This document shows, piece after piece, positions 29,584 to 38,926 of a stretch of 38,926 nucleotides of DNA. Made by a program: the position numbers and the translations under genes. The stretch's first letter is position 1; the number at the start of each line of letters is the position of its first letter. Source of the DNA: Escherichia phage T7; sequence record MZ375241.1; one strand, written 5' to 3'. Under the pieces are notes generated by a model, which saw only the letters and a program-made list of their open reading frames with translations, searched no databases and was not told the DNA's origin.

Positions 29584-32500
29584 ATGGATAAGTACGATAA
29601 GAACGTACCAAGTGATTATGATGGTCTGTTCCAAAAGGCTGCTGATGCCAACGGGGTCTCTTATGACCTTTTACGTAAAGTCGCTTGGACAGAATCACGA
29701 TTTGTGCCTACAGCAAAATCTAAGACTGGACCATTAGGCATGATGCAATTTACCAAGGCAACCGCTAAGGCCCTCGGTCTGCGAGTTACCGATGGTCCAG
29801 ACGACGACCGACTGAACCCTGAGTTAGCTATTAATGCTGCCGCTAAGCAACTTGCAGGTCTGGTAGGGAAGTTTGATGGCGATGAACTCAAAGCTGCCCT
29901 TGCGTACAACCAAGGCGAGGGACGCTTGGGTAATCCACAACTTGAGGCGTACTCTAAGGGAGACTTCGCATCAATCTCTGAGGAGGGACGTAACTACATG
30001 CGTAACCTTCTGGATGTTGCTAAGTCACCTATGGCTGGACAGTTGGAAACTTTTGGTGGCATAACCCCAAAGGGTAAAGGCATTCCGGCTGAGGTAGGAT
30101 TGGCTGGAATTGGTCACAAGCAGAAAGTAACACAGGAACTTCCTGAGTCCACAAGTTTTGACGTTAAGGGTATCGAACAGGAGGCTACGGCGAAACCATT
30201 CGCCAAGGACTTTTGGGAGACCCACGGAGAAACACTTGACGAGTACAACAGTCGTTCAACCTTCTTCGGATTCAAAAATGCTGCCGAAGCTGAACTCTCC
30301 AACTCAGTCGCTGGGATGGCTTTCCGTGCTGGTCGTCTCGATAATGGTTTTGATGTGTTTAAAGACACCATTACGCCGACTCGCTGGAACTCTCACATCT
30401 GGACTCCAGAGGAGTTAGAGAAGATTCGAACAGAGGTTAAGAACCCTGCGTACATCAACGTTGTAACTGGTGGTTCCCCTGAGAACCTCGATGACCTCAT
30501 TAAATTGGCTAACGAGAACTTTGAGAATGACTCCCGCGCTGCCGAGGCTGGCCTAGGTGCCAAACTGAGTGCTGGTATTATTGGTGCTGGTGTGGACCCG
30601 CTTAGCTATGTTCCTATGGTCGGTGTCACTGGTAAGGGCTTTAAGTTAATCAATAAGGCTCTTGTAGTTGGTGCCGAAAGTGCTGCTCTGAACGTTGCAT
30701 CCGAAGGTCTCCGTACCTCCGTAGCTGGTGGTGACGCAGACTATGCGGGTGCTGCCTTAGGTGGCTTTGTGTTTGGCGCAGGCATGTCTGCAATCAGTGA
30801 CGCTGTAGCTGCTGGACTGAAACGCAGTAAACCAGAAGCTGAGTTCGACAATGAGTTCATCGGTCCTATGATGCGATTGGAAGCCCGTGAGACAGCACGA
30901 AACGCCAACTCTGCGGACCTCTCTCGGATGAACACTGAGAACATGAAGTTTGAAGGTGAACATAATGGTGTCCCTTATGAGGACTTACCAACAGAGAGAG
31001 GTGCCGTGGTGTTACATGATGGCTCCGTTCTAAGTGCAAGCAACCCAATCAACCCTAAGACTCTAAAAGAGTTCTCCGAGGTTGACCCTGAGAAGGCTGC
31101 GCGAGGAATCAAACTGGCTGGGTTCACCGAGATTGGCTTGAAGACCTTGGGGTCTGACGATGCTGACATCCGTAGAGTGGCTATCGACCTCGTTCGCTCT
31201 CCTACTGGTATGCAGTCTGGTGCCTCAGGTAAGTTCGGTGCAACAGCTTCTGACATCCATGAGAGACTTCATGGTACTGACCAGCGTACTTATAATGACT
31301 TGTACAAAGCAATGTCTGACGCTATGAAAGACCCTGAGTTCTCTACTGGCGGCGCTAAGATGTCCCGTGAAGAAACTCGATACACTATCTACCGTAGAGC
31401 GGCACTAGCTATTGAGCGTCCAGAACTACAGAAGGCACTCACTCCGTCTGAGAGAATCGTTATGGACATCATTAAGCGTCACTTTGACACCAAGCGTGAA
31501 CTTATGGAAAACCCAGCAATATTCGGTAACACAAAGGCTGTGAGTATCTTCCCTGAGAGTCGCCACAAAGGTACTTACGTTCCTCACGTATATGACCGTC
31601 ATGCCAAGGCGCTGATGATTCAACGCTACGGTGCCGAAGGTTTGCAGGAAGGGATTGCCCGCTCATGGATGAACAGCTACGTCTCCAGACCTGAGGTCAA
31701 GGCCAGAGTCGATGAGATGCTTAAGGAATTACACGGGGTGAAGGAAGTAACACCAGAGATGGTAGAGAAGTACGCTATGGATAAGGCTTATGGTATCTCC
31801 CACTCAGACCAGTTCACCAACAGTTCCATAATAGAAGAGAACATTGAGGGCTTAGTAGGTATCGAGAATAACTCATTCCTTGAGGCACGTAACTTGTTTG
31901 ATTCGGACCTATCCATCACTATGCCAGACGGACAGCAATTCTCAGTGAATGACCTAAGGGACTTCGATATGTTCCGCATCATGCCAGCGTATGACCGCCG
32001 TGTCAATAGTGACATCGCCATCATGGGGTCTACTGGTAAAACCACTAAGGAACTTAAGGATGAGATTTTGGCTCTCAAAGCGAAAGCTGAGGGAGACGGT
32101 AAGAAGACTGGCGAGGTACATGCTTTAATGGATACCGTTAAGATTCTTACTGGTCGTGCTAGACGCAATCAGGACACTGTGTGGGAAACCTCACTGCGTG
32201 CCATCAATGACCTAGGGTTCTTCGCTAAGAACGCCTACATGGGTGCTCAGAACATTACGGAGATTGCTGGGATGATTGTCACTGGTAACGTTCGTGCTCT
32301 AGGGCATGGTATCCCAATTCTGCGTGATACACTCTACAAGTCTAAACCAGTTTCAGCTAAGGAACTCAAGGAACTCCATGCGTCTCTGTTCGGGAAGGAG
32401 GTGGACCAGTTGATTCGGCCTAAACGTGCTGACATTGTGCAGCGCCTAAGGGAAGCAACTGATACCGGACCTGCCGTGGCGAACATCGTAGGGACCTTGA

Positions 32501-33540
32501 AGTATTCAACACAGGAACTGGCTGCTCGCTCTCCGTGGACTAAGCTACTGAACGGAACCACTAACTACCTTCTGGATGCTGCGCGTCAAGGTATGCTTGG
32601 GGATGTTATTAGTGCCACCCTAACAGGTAAGACTACCCGCTGGGAGAAAGAAGGCTTCCTTCGTGGTGCCTCCGTAACTCCTGAGCAGATGGCTGGCATC
32701 AAGTCTCTCATCAAGGAACATATGGTACGCGGTGAGGACGGGAAGTTTACCGTTAAGGACAAGCAAGCGTTCTCTATGGACCCACGGGCTATGGACTTAT
32801 GGAGACTGGCTGACAAGGTAGCTGATGAGGCAATGCTGCGTCCACATAAGGTGTCCTTACAGGATTCCCATGCGTTCGGAGCACTAGGTAAGATGGTTAT
32901 GCAGTTTAAGTCTTTCACTATCAAGTCCCTTAACTCTAAGTTCCTGCGAACCTTCTATGATGGATACAAGAACAACCGAGCGATTGACGCTGCGCTGAGC
33001 ATCATCACCTCTATGGGTCTCGCTGGTGGTTTCTATGCTATGGCTGCACACGTCAGAGCATACGCTCTGCCTAAGGAGAAACGTAAGGAGTACTTGGAGC
33101 GTGCACTGGACCCAACCATGATTGCCCACGCTGCGTTATCTCGTAGTTCTCAATTGGGTGTTCCTTTGGCTATGGTTGACCTAGTTGGTGGTGTTTTAGG
33201 GTTCGAGTCCTCCAAGATGGCTCGCTCTACGATTCTACCTAAGGACACCGTGAAGGAACGTGACCCAAACAAACCGTACACCTCTAGAGAGGTAATGGGC
33301 GCTATGGGTTCAAACCTTCTGGAACAGGTGCCTTCGGCTGGCTTTGTGGCTAACGTAGGGGCTACCTTAATGAATGCTGCTGGCGTGGTCAACTCACCTA
33401 ATAAAGCAACCGAGCAGGACTTCATGACTGGTCTTATGAACTCCACAAAAGAGTTAGTACCGAACGACCCATTGACTCAACAGCTTGTGTTGAAGATTTA
33501 TGAGGCGAACGGTGTTAACTTGAGGGAGCGTAGGAAATAA
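29584..33540 (+). CDS. 16: Internal core protein D with N-terminal lytic transglycosylase domain
   Basis: 1318-aa ORF; N-terminal SLT-like motif ...TESRF...GPLGMMQF... Confidence 0.9.
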   Translation: MDKYDKNVPSDYDGLFQKAADANGVSYDLLRKVAWTESRFVPTAKSKTGPLGMMQFTKATAKALGLRVTDGPDDDRLNPELAINAAAKQLAGLVGKFDGDELKAALAYNQGEGRLGNPQLEAYSKGDFASISEEGRNYMRNLLDVAKSPMAGQLETFGGITPKGKGIPAEVGLAGIGHKQKVTQELPESTSFDVKGIEQEATAKPFAKDFWETHGETLDEYNSRSTFFGFKNAAEAELSNSVAGMAFRAGRLDNGFDVFKDTITPTRWNSHIWTPEELEKIRTEVKNPAYINVVTGGSPENLDDLIKLANENFENDSRAAEAGLGAKLSAGIIGAGVDPLSYVPMVGVTGKGFKLINKALVVGAESAALNVASEGLRTSVAGGDADYAGAALGGFVFGAGMSAISDAVAAGLKRSKPEAEFDNEFIGPMMRLEARETARNANSADLSRMNTENMKFEGEHNGVPYEDLPTERGAVVLHDGSVLSASNPINPKTLKEFSEVDPEKAARGIKLAGFTEIGLKTLGSDDADIRRVAIDLVRSPTGMQSGASGKFGATASDIHERLHGTDQRTYNDLYKAMSDAMKDPEFSTGGAKMSREETRYTIYRRAALAIERPELQKALTPSERIVMDIIKRHFDTKRELMENPAIFGNTKAVSIFPESRHKGTYVPHVYDRHAKALMIQRYGAEGLQEGIARSWMNSYVSRPEVKARVDEMLKELHGVKEVTPEMVEKYAMDKAYGISHSDQFTNSSIIEENIEGLVGIENNSFLEARNLFDSDLSITMPDGQQFSVNDLRDFDMFRIMPAYDRRVNSDIAIMGSTGKTTKELKDEILALKAKAEGDGKKTGEVHALMDTVKILTGRARRNQDTVWETSLRAINDLGFFAKNAYMGAQNITEIAGMIVTGNVRALGHGIPILRDTLYKSKPVSAKELKELHASLFGKEVDQLIRPKRADIVQRLREATDTGPAVANIVGTLKYSTQELAARSPWTKLLNGTTNYLLDAARQGMLGDVISATLTGKTTRWEKEGFLRGASVTPEQMAGIKSLIKEHMVRGEDGKFTVKDKQAFSMDPRAMDLWRLADKVADEAMLRPHKVSLQDSHAFGALGKMVMQFKSFTIKSLNSKFLRTFYDGYKNNRAIDAALSIITSMGLAGGFYAMAAHVRAYALPKEKRKEYLERALDPTMIAHAALSRSSQLGVPLAMVDLVGGVLGFESSKMARSTILPKDTVKERDPNKPYTSREVMGAMGSNLLEQVPSAGFVANVGATLMNAAGVVNSPNKATEQDFMTGLMNSTKELVPNDPLTQQLVLKIYEANGVNLRERRK

Positions 33541-33560
33541 TACGACTCACTATAGGGAGA
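33538..33560 (+). promoter_or_regulatory. T7 RNAP class III promoter phi17 (+1 at 33555)
   Basis: taatacgactcactatagggaga overlapping the gene 16 stop. Confidence 0.9.
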
Positions 33561-33612
33561 GGCGAAATAATCTTCTCCCTGTAGTCTCTTAGATTTACTT
33601 TAAGGAGGTCAA

Positions 33613-35274
33613 ATGGCTAACGTAATTAAAACCGTTTTGACTTACCAGTTAGATGGCTCCAATCGTGATTTTAATATCCCGTTTGAGTATCTAGCCCGTA
33701 AGTTCGTAGTGGTAACTCTTATTGGTGTAGACCGAAAGGTCCTTACGATTAATACAGACTATCGCTTTGCTACACGTACTACTATCTCTCTGACAAAGGC
33801 TTGGGGTCCAGCCGATGGCTACACGACCATCGAGTTACGTCGAGTAACCTCCACTACCGACCGATTGGTTGACTTTACGGATGGTTCAATCCTCCGCGCG
33901 TATGACCTTAACGTCGCTCAGATTCAAACGATGCACGTAGCGGAAGAGGCCCGTGACCTCACTACGGATACTATCGGTGTCAATAACGATGGTCACTTGG
34001 ATGCTCGTGGTCGTCGAATTGTGAACCTAGCGAACGCCGTGGATGACCGCGATGCTGTTCCGTTTGGTCAACTAAAGACCATGAACCAGAACTCATGGCA
34101 AGCACGTAATGAAGCCTTACAGTTCCGTAATGAGGCTGAGACTTTCAGAAACCAAGCGGAGGGCTTTAAGAACGAGTCCAGTACCAACGCTACGAACACA
34201 AAGCAGTGGCGCGATGAGACCAAGGGTTTCCGAGACGAAGCCAAGCGGTTCGAGAATACGGCTGGTCAATACGCTACATCTGCTGGGAACTCTGCTTCCG
34301 CTGCGCATCAATCTGAGGTAAACGCTGAGAACTCTGCCACAGCATCCGCTAACTCTGCTCATTTGGCAGAACAGCAAGCAGACCGTGCGGAACGTGAGGC
34401 AGACAAGCTGGAAAATTACAATGGATTGGCTGGTGCAATTGATAAGGTAGATGGAACCAATGTGTACTGGAAAGGAAATATTCACGCTAACGGGCGCCTT
34501 TACATGACCACAAACGGTTTTGACTGTGGCCAGTATCAACAGTTCTTTGGTGGTGTCACTAATCGTTACTCTGTCATGGAGTGGGGAGATGAGAACGGAT
34601 GGCTGATGTATGTTCAACGTAGAGAGTGGACAACAGCGATAGGCGGTAACATCCAGTTAGTAGTAAACGGACAGATCATCACCCAAGGTGGAGCCATGAC
34701 CGGTCAGCTAAAATTGCAGAATGGGCATGTTCTTCAATTAGAGTCCGCATCCGACAAGGCGCACTATATTCTATCTAAAGATGGTAACAGGAATAACTGG
34801 TACATTGGTAGAGGGTCAGATAACAACAATGACTGTACCTTCCACTCCTATGTACATGGTACGACCTTAACACTCAAGCAGGACTATGCAGTAGTTAACA
34901 AACACTTCCACGTAGGTCAGGCCGTTGTGGCCACTGATGGTAATATTCAAGGTACTAAGTGGGGAGGTAAATGGCTGGATGCTTACCTACGTGACAGCTT
35001 CGTTGCGAAGTCCAAGGCGTGGACTCAGGTGTGGTCTGGTAGTGCTGGCGGTGGGGTAAGTGTGACTGTTTCACAGGATCTCCGCTTCCGCAATATCTGG
35101 ATTAAGTGTGCCAACAACTCTTGGAACTTCTTCCGTACTGGCCCCGATGGAATCTACTTCATAGCCTCTGATGGTGGATGGTTACGATTCCAAATACACT
35201 CCAACGGTCTCGGATTCAAGAATATTGCAGACAGTCGTTCAGTACCTAATGCAATCATGGTGGAGAACGAGTAA
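33613..35274 (+). CDS. 17: Tail fibre protein
   Basis: 553-aa ORF. Confidence 0.95.
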   Translation: MANVIKTVLTYQLDGSNRDFNIPFEYLARKFVVVTLIGVDRKVLTINTDYRFATRTTISLTKAWGPADGYTTIELRRVTSTTDRLVDFTDGSILRAYDLNVAQIQTMHVAEEARDLTTDTIGVNNDGHLDARGRRIVNLANAVDDRDAVPFGQLKTMNQNSWQARNEALQFRNEAETFRNQAEGFKNESSTNATNTKQWRDETKGFRDEAKRFENTAGQYATSAGNSASAAHQSEVNAENSATASANSAHLAEQQADRAEREADKLENYNGLAGAIDKVDGTNVYWKGNIHANGRLYMTTNGFDCGQYQQFFGGVTNRYSVMEWGDENGWLMYVQRREWTTAIGGNIQLVVNGQIITQGGAMTGQLKLQNGHVLQLESASDKAHYILSKDGNRNNWYIGRGSDNNNDCTFHSYVHGTTLTLKQDYAVVNKHFHVGQAVVATDGNIQGTKWGGKWLDAYLRDSFVAKSKAWTQVWSGSAGGGVSVTVSQDLRFRNIWIKCANNSWNFFRTGPDGIYFIASDGGWLRFQIHSNGLGFKNIADSRSVPNAIMVENE

Positions 35275-35332
35275 TTGGTAAATCACAAGGAAAGACGTGT
35301 AGTCCACGGATGGACTCTCAAGGAGGTACAAG

Positions 35333-35536
35333 GTGCTATCATTAGACTTTAACAACGAATTGATTAAGGCTGCTCCAATTGTTGGGACGGGTGTAGCAGA
35401 TGTTAGTGCTCGACTGTTCTTTGGGTTAAGCCTTAACGAATGGTTCTACGTTGCTGCTATCGCCTACACAGTGGTTCAGATTGGTGCCAAGGTAGTCGAT
35501 AAGATGATTGACTGGAAGAAAGCCAATAAGGAGTGA
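35333..35536 (+). CDS. 17.5: Holin (class II)
   Basis: 67-aa ORF with a hydrophobic core and charged C-terminus. Confidence 0.85.
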   Translation: MLSLDFNNELIKAAPIVGTGVADVSARLFFGLSLNEWFYVAAIAYTVVQIGAKVVDKMIDWKKANKE

Positions 35537-35541
35537 TATGT

Positions 35542-35811
35542 ATGGAAAAGGATAAGAGCCTTATTACATTCTTAGAGATGTTGGACACTGCGATGGCTCA
35601 GCGTATGCTTGCGGACCTTTCGGACCATGAGCGTCGCTCTCCGCAACTCTATAATGCTATTAACAAACTGTTAGACCGCCACAAGTTCCAGATTGGTAAG
35701 TTGCAGCCGGATGTTCACATCTTAGGTGGCCTTGCTGGTGCTCTTGAAGAGTACAAAGAGAAAGTCGGTGATAACGGTCTTACGGATGATGATATTTACA
35801 CATTACAGTGA
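35542..35811 (+). CDS. 18: Terminase small subunit (DNA maturation protein A)
   Basis: ATG at 35542; 89 aa. Confidence 0.85.
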   Translation: MEKDKSLITFLEMLDTAMAQRMLADLSDHERRSPQLYNAINKLLDRHKFQIGKLQPDVHILGGLAGALEEYKEKVGDNGLTDDDIYTLQ

Positions 35812-35814
35812 TAT

Positions 35815-35846
35815 ACTCAAGGCCACTACAGATAGTGGTCTTTATG
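35815..35846 (+). promoter_or_regulatory. RNase III site R18.5
   Basis: ctcaaggccactacagatagtggtcttt hairpin. Confidence 0.55.
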
Positions 35847-35905
35847 GATGTCATTGTCTATACGAGATGCTCCTACGTGAAATCTGAAAGTTAACGGGAG
35901 GCATT

Positions 35906-36337
35906 ATGCTAGAATTTTTACGTAAGCTAATCCCTTGGGTTCTCGCTGGGATGCTATTCGGGTTAGGATGGCATCTAGGGTCAGACTCAATGGACGCTAA
36001 ATGGAAACAGGAGGTACACAATGAGTACGTTAAGAGAGTTGAGGCTGCGAAGAGCACTCAAAGAGCAATCGATGCGGTATCTGCTAAGTATCAAGAAGAC
36101 CTTGCCGCGCTGGAAGGGAGCACTGATAGGATTATTTCTGATTTGCGTAGCGACAATAAGCGGTTGCGCGTCAGAGTCAAAACTACCGGAACCTCCGATG
36201 GTCAGTGTGGATTCGAGCCTGATGGTCGAGCCGAACTTGACGACCGAGATGCTAAACGTATTCTCGCAGTGACCCAGAAGGGTGACGCATGGATTCGTGC
36301 GTTACAGGATACTATTCGTGAACTGCAACGTAAGTAG
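35906..36337 (+). CDS. 18.5: Rz-like i-spanin
   Basis: 143-aa ORF with N-terminal TM segment (LIPWVLAGMLFGLGWHLG). Confidence 0.85.
   Translation: MLEFLRKLIPWVLAGMLFGLGWHLGSDSMDAKWKQEVHNEYVKRVEAAKSTQRAIDAVSAKYQEDLAALEGSTDRIISDLRSDNKRLRVRVKTTGTSDGQCGFEPDGRAELDDRDAKRILAVTQKGDAWIRALQDTIRELQRK
36021..36272 (+). CDS. 18.7: Rz1-like o-spanin embedded in the +1 frame of 18.5
   Basis: 83-aa ORF wholly inside 18.5; lipobox-like ...TISGCASES. Confidence 0.75.
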   Translation: MSTLRELRLRRALKEQSMRYLLSIKKTLPRWKGALIGLFLICVATISGCASESKLPEPPMVSVDSSLMVEPNLTTEMLNVFSQ

Positions 36338-36358
36338 GAAATCAAGTAAGGAGGCAAT

Positions 36359-38119
36359 GTGTCTACTCAATCCAATCGTAATGCGCTCGTAGTGGCGCAA
36401 CTGAAAGGAGACTTCGTGGCGTTCCTATTCGTCTTATGGAAGGCGCTAAACCTACCGGTGCCCACTAAGTGTCAGATTGACATGGCTAAGGTGCTGGCGA
36501 ATGGAGACAACAAGAAGTTCATCTTACAGGCTTTCCGTGGTATCGGTAAGTCGTTCATCACATGTGCGTTCGTTGTGTGGTCCTTATGGAGAGACCCTCA
36601 GTTGAAGATACTTATCGTATCAGCCTCTAAGGAGCGTGCAGACGCTAACTCCATCTTTATTAAGAACATCATTGACCTGCTGCCATTCCTATCTGAGTTA
36701 AAGCCAAGACCCGGACAGCGTGACTCGGTAATCAGCTTTGATGTAGGCCCAGCCAATCCTGACCACTCTCCTAGTGTGAAATCAGTAGGTATCACTGGTC
36801 AGTTAACTGGTAGCCGTGCTGACATTATCATTGCGGATGACGTTGAGATTCCGTCTAACAGCGCAACTATGGGTGCCCGTGAGAAGCTATGGACTCTGGT
36901 TCAGGAGTTCGCTGCGTTACTTAAACCGCTGCCTTCCTCTCGCGTTATCTACCTTGGTACACCTCAGACAGAGATGACTCTCTATAAGGAACTTGAGGAT
37001 AACCGTGGGTACACAACCATTATCTGGCCTGCTCTGTACCCAAGGACACGTGAAGAGAACCTCTATTACTCACAGCGTCTTGCTCCTATGTTACGCGCTG
37101 AGTACGATGAGAACCCTGAGGCACTTGCTGGGACTCCAACAGACCCAGTGCGCTTTGACCGTGATGACCTGCGCGAGCGTGAGTTGGAATACGGTAAGGC
37201 TGGCTTTACGCTACAGTTCATGCTTAACCCTAACCTTAGTGATGCCGAGAAGTACCCGCTGAGGCTTCGTGACGCTATCGTAGCGGCCTTAGACTTAGAG
37301 AAGGCCCCAATGCATTACCAGTGGCTTCCGAACCGTCAGAACATCATTGAGGACCTTCCTAACGTTGGCCTTAAGGGTGATGACCTGCATACGTACCACG
37401 ATTGTTCCAACAACTCAGGTCAGTACCAACAGAAGATTCTGGTCATTGACCCTAGTGGTCGCGGTAAGGACGAAACAGGTTACGCTGTGCTGTACACACT
37501 GAACGGTTACATCTACCTTATGGAAGCTGGAGGTTTCCGTGATGGCTACTCCGATAAGACCCTTGAGTTACTCGCTAAGAAGGCAAAGCAATGGGGAGTC
37601 CAGACGGTTGTCTACGAGAGTAACTTCGGTGACGGTATGTTCGGTAAGGTATTCAGTCCTATCCTTCTTAAACACCACAACTGTGCGATGGAAGAGATTC
37701 GTGCCCGTGGTATGAAAGAGATGCGTATTTGCGATACCCTTGAGCCAGTCATGCAGACTCACCGCCTTGTAATTCGTGATGAGGTCATTAGGGCCGACTA
37801 CCAGTCCGCTCGTGACGTAGACGGTAAGCATGACGTTAAGTACTCGTTGTTCTACCAGATGACCCGTATCACTCGTGAGAAAGGCGCTCTGGCTCATGAT
37901 GACCGATTGGATGCCCTTGCGTTAGGCATTGAGTATCTCCGTGAGTCCATGCAGTTGGATTCCGTTAAGGTCGAGGGTGAAGTACTTGCTGACTTCCTTG
38001 AGGAACACATGATGCGTCCTACGGTTGCTGCTACGCATATCATTGAGATGTCTGTGGGAGGAGTTGATGTGTACTCTGAGGACGATGAGGGTTACGGTAC
38101 GTCTTTCATTGAGTGGTGA
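36359..38119 (+). CDS. 19: Terminase large subunit (GTG start)
   Basis: 586-aa ORF after RBS taaggagg. Confidence 0.95.
37005..37262 (+). CDS. 19.2: Internal alternative-frame ORF within gene 19
   Basis: Six-frame ORF 36993-37262 with candidate GTG at 37005; T7 gene 19.2 position; expression uncertain. Confidence 0.35.
37542..37715 (+). CDS. 19.3: Internal alternative-frame ORF within gene 19
   Basis: ATG at 37542; 57 codons; T7 gene 19.3 position; expression uncertain. Confidence 0.35.
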
Positions 38120-38200
38120 TTTATGCATTAGGACTGCATAGGGATGCACTATAGACCACGGATGGTCAGTTCTTTAAGTTACTGAAAAGACACGATAAAT

Positions 38201-38223
38201 TAATACGACTCACTATAGGGAGA
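38201..38223 (+). promoter_or_regulatory. T7 RNAP promoter phiOR (+1 at 38218)
   Basis: taatacgactcactatagggaga. Confidence 0.9.
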
Positions 38224-38377
38224 GGAGGGACGAAAGGTTACTATATAGATACTGAATGAATACTTATAGAGTGCATAAAGTATGCATAATGGTGTACCTA
38301 GAGTGACCTCTAAGAATGGTGATTATATTGTATTAGTATCACCTTAACTTAAGGACCAACATAAAGGGAGGAGACTC

Positions 38378-38527
38378 ATGTTCCGCTTATTGTTGAACCT
38401 ACTGCGGCATAGAGTCACCTACCGATTTCTTGTGGTACTTTGTGCTGCCCTTGGGTACGCATCTCTTACTGGAGACCTCAGTTCACTGGAGTCTGTCGTT
38501 TGCTCTATACTCACTTGTAGCGATTAG
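38378..38527 (+). CDS. 19.5: Small hydrophobic protein
   Basis: 49-codon ORF MFRLLLNLLRHRVTYRFLVVLCAALGYASLTGDLSSLESVVCSILTCSD with RBS aagggagg. Confidence 0.7.
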   Translation: MFRLLLNLLRHRVTYRFLVVLCAALGYASLTGDLSSLESVVCSILTCSD

Positions 38528-38609
38528 GGTCTTCCTGACCGACTGATGGCTCACCGAGGGATTCAGCGGTATGATTGCTTGACACCACTTCATCCCTATA
38601 GAGTCAAGT

Positions 38610-38695
38610 CCTAAGGTATACCCATAAAGAGCCTCTAATGGTCTATCCTAAGGTCTATACCTAAAGATAGGCCATCCTATCAGTGTCACCTAAAG
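38610..38695 (+). repeat. CCTAAGG/CCTAAAG heptamer-like array just inside the right terminal repeat
   Basis: cctaagg at 38610 and 38647, cctaaag at 38660 and 38689; mirrors the left-end array. Confidence 0.6.
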
Positions 38696-38766
38696 AGGGT
38701 CTTAGAGAGGGCCTATGGAGTTCCTATAGGGTCCTTTAAAATATACCATAAAAATCTGAGTGACTA

Positions 38767-38926
38767 TCTCACAGTGTACGGACCTAAAGTTCCCCCATAG
38801 GGGGTACCTAAAGCCCAGCCAATCACCTAAAGTCAACCTTCGGTTGACCTTGAGGGTTCCCTAAGGGTTGGGGATGACCCTTGGGTTTGTCTTTGGGTGT
38901 TACCTTGAGTGTCTCTCTGTGTCCCT
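38767..38926 (+). repeat. Right direct terminal repeat (160 bp), identical to 1-160
   Basis: Exact duplicate of window positions 1-160. Confidence 0.95.

Overview
The window is an essentially complete linear genome of a bacteriophage T7-type podovirus (Teseptimavirus), 38,926 bp, bounded by identical 160-bp direct terminal repeats (1-160 and 38767-38926). All recognisable genes lie on the + strand in the classic T7 order: an early anti-host region driven by three E. coli sigma70 promoters (ocr, 0.7 kinase, T7 RNA polymerase, ligase), a DNA-metabolism region (gp2, SSB, endonuclease I, lysozyme, primase-helicase, DNA polymerase, exonuclease), then structural, lysis and packaging genes. Seventeen T7-RNAP promoters, the TE and Tphi terminators, and a family of RNase III hairpins are present. 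Reference comparisons are made from memory of the canonical T7 map, not by alignment. On that basis the genome is about 1.0 kb shorter than canonical T7 because of three deletions: about 563 bp removing the 3' part of gene 0.4 plus 0.5/0.6, a 156-bp loss matching gene 1.4 exactly, and about 292 bp removing nearly all of gene 3.8 and fusing its first codons in frame to gene 4A. I see no tRNA, CRISPR array, integrase or uncharacterised multi-gene system; the deletion junctions and their predicted consequences are the most interesting content.
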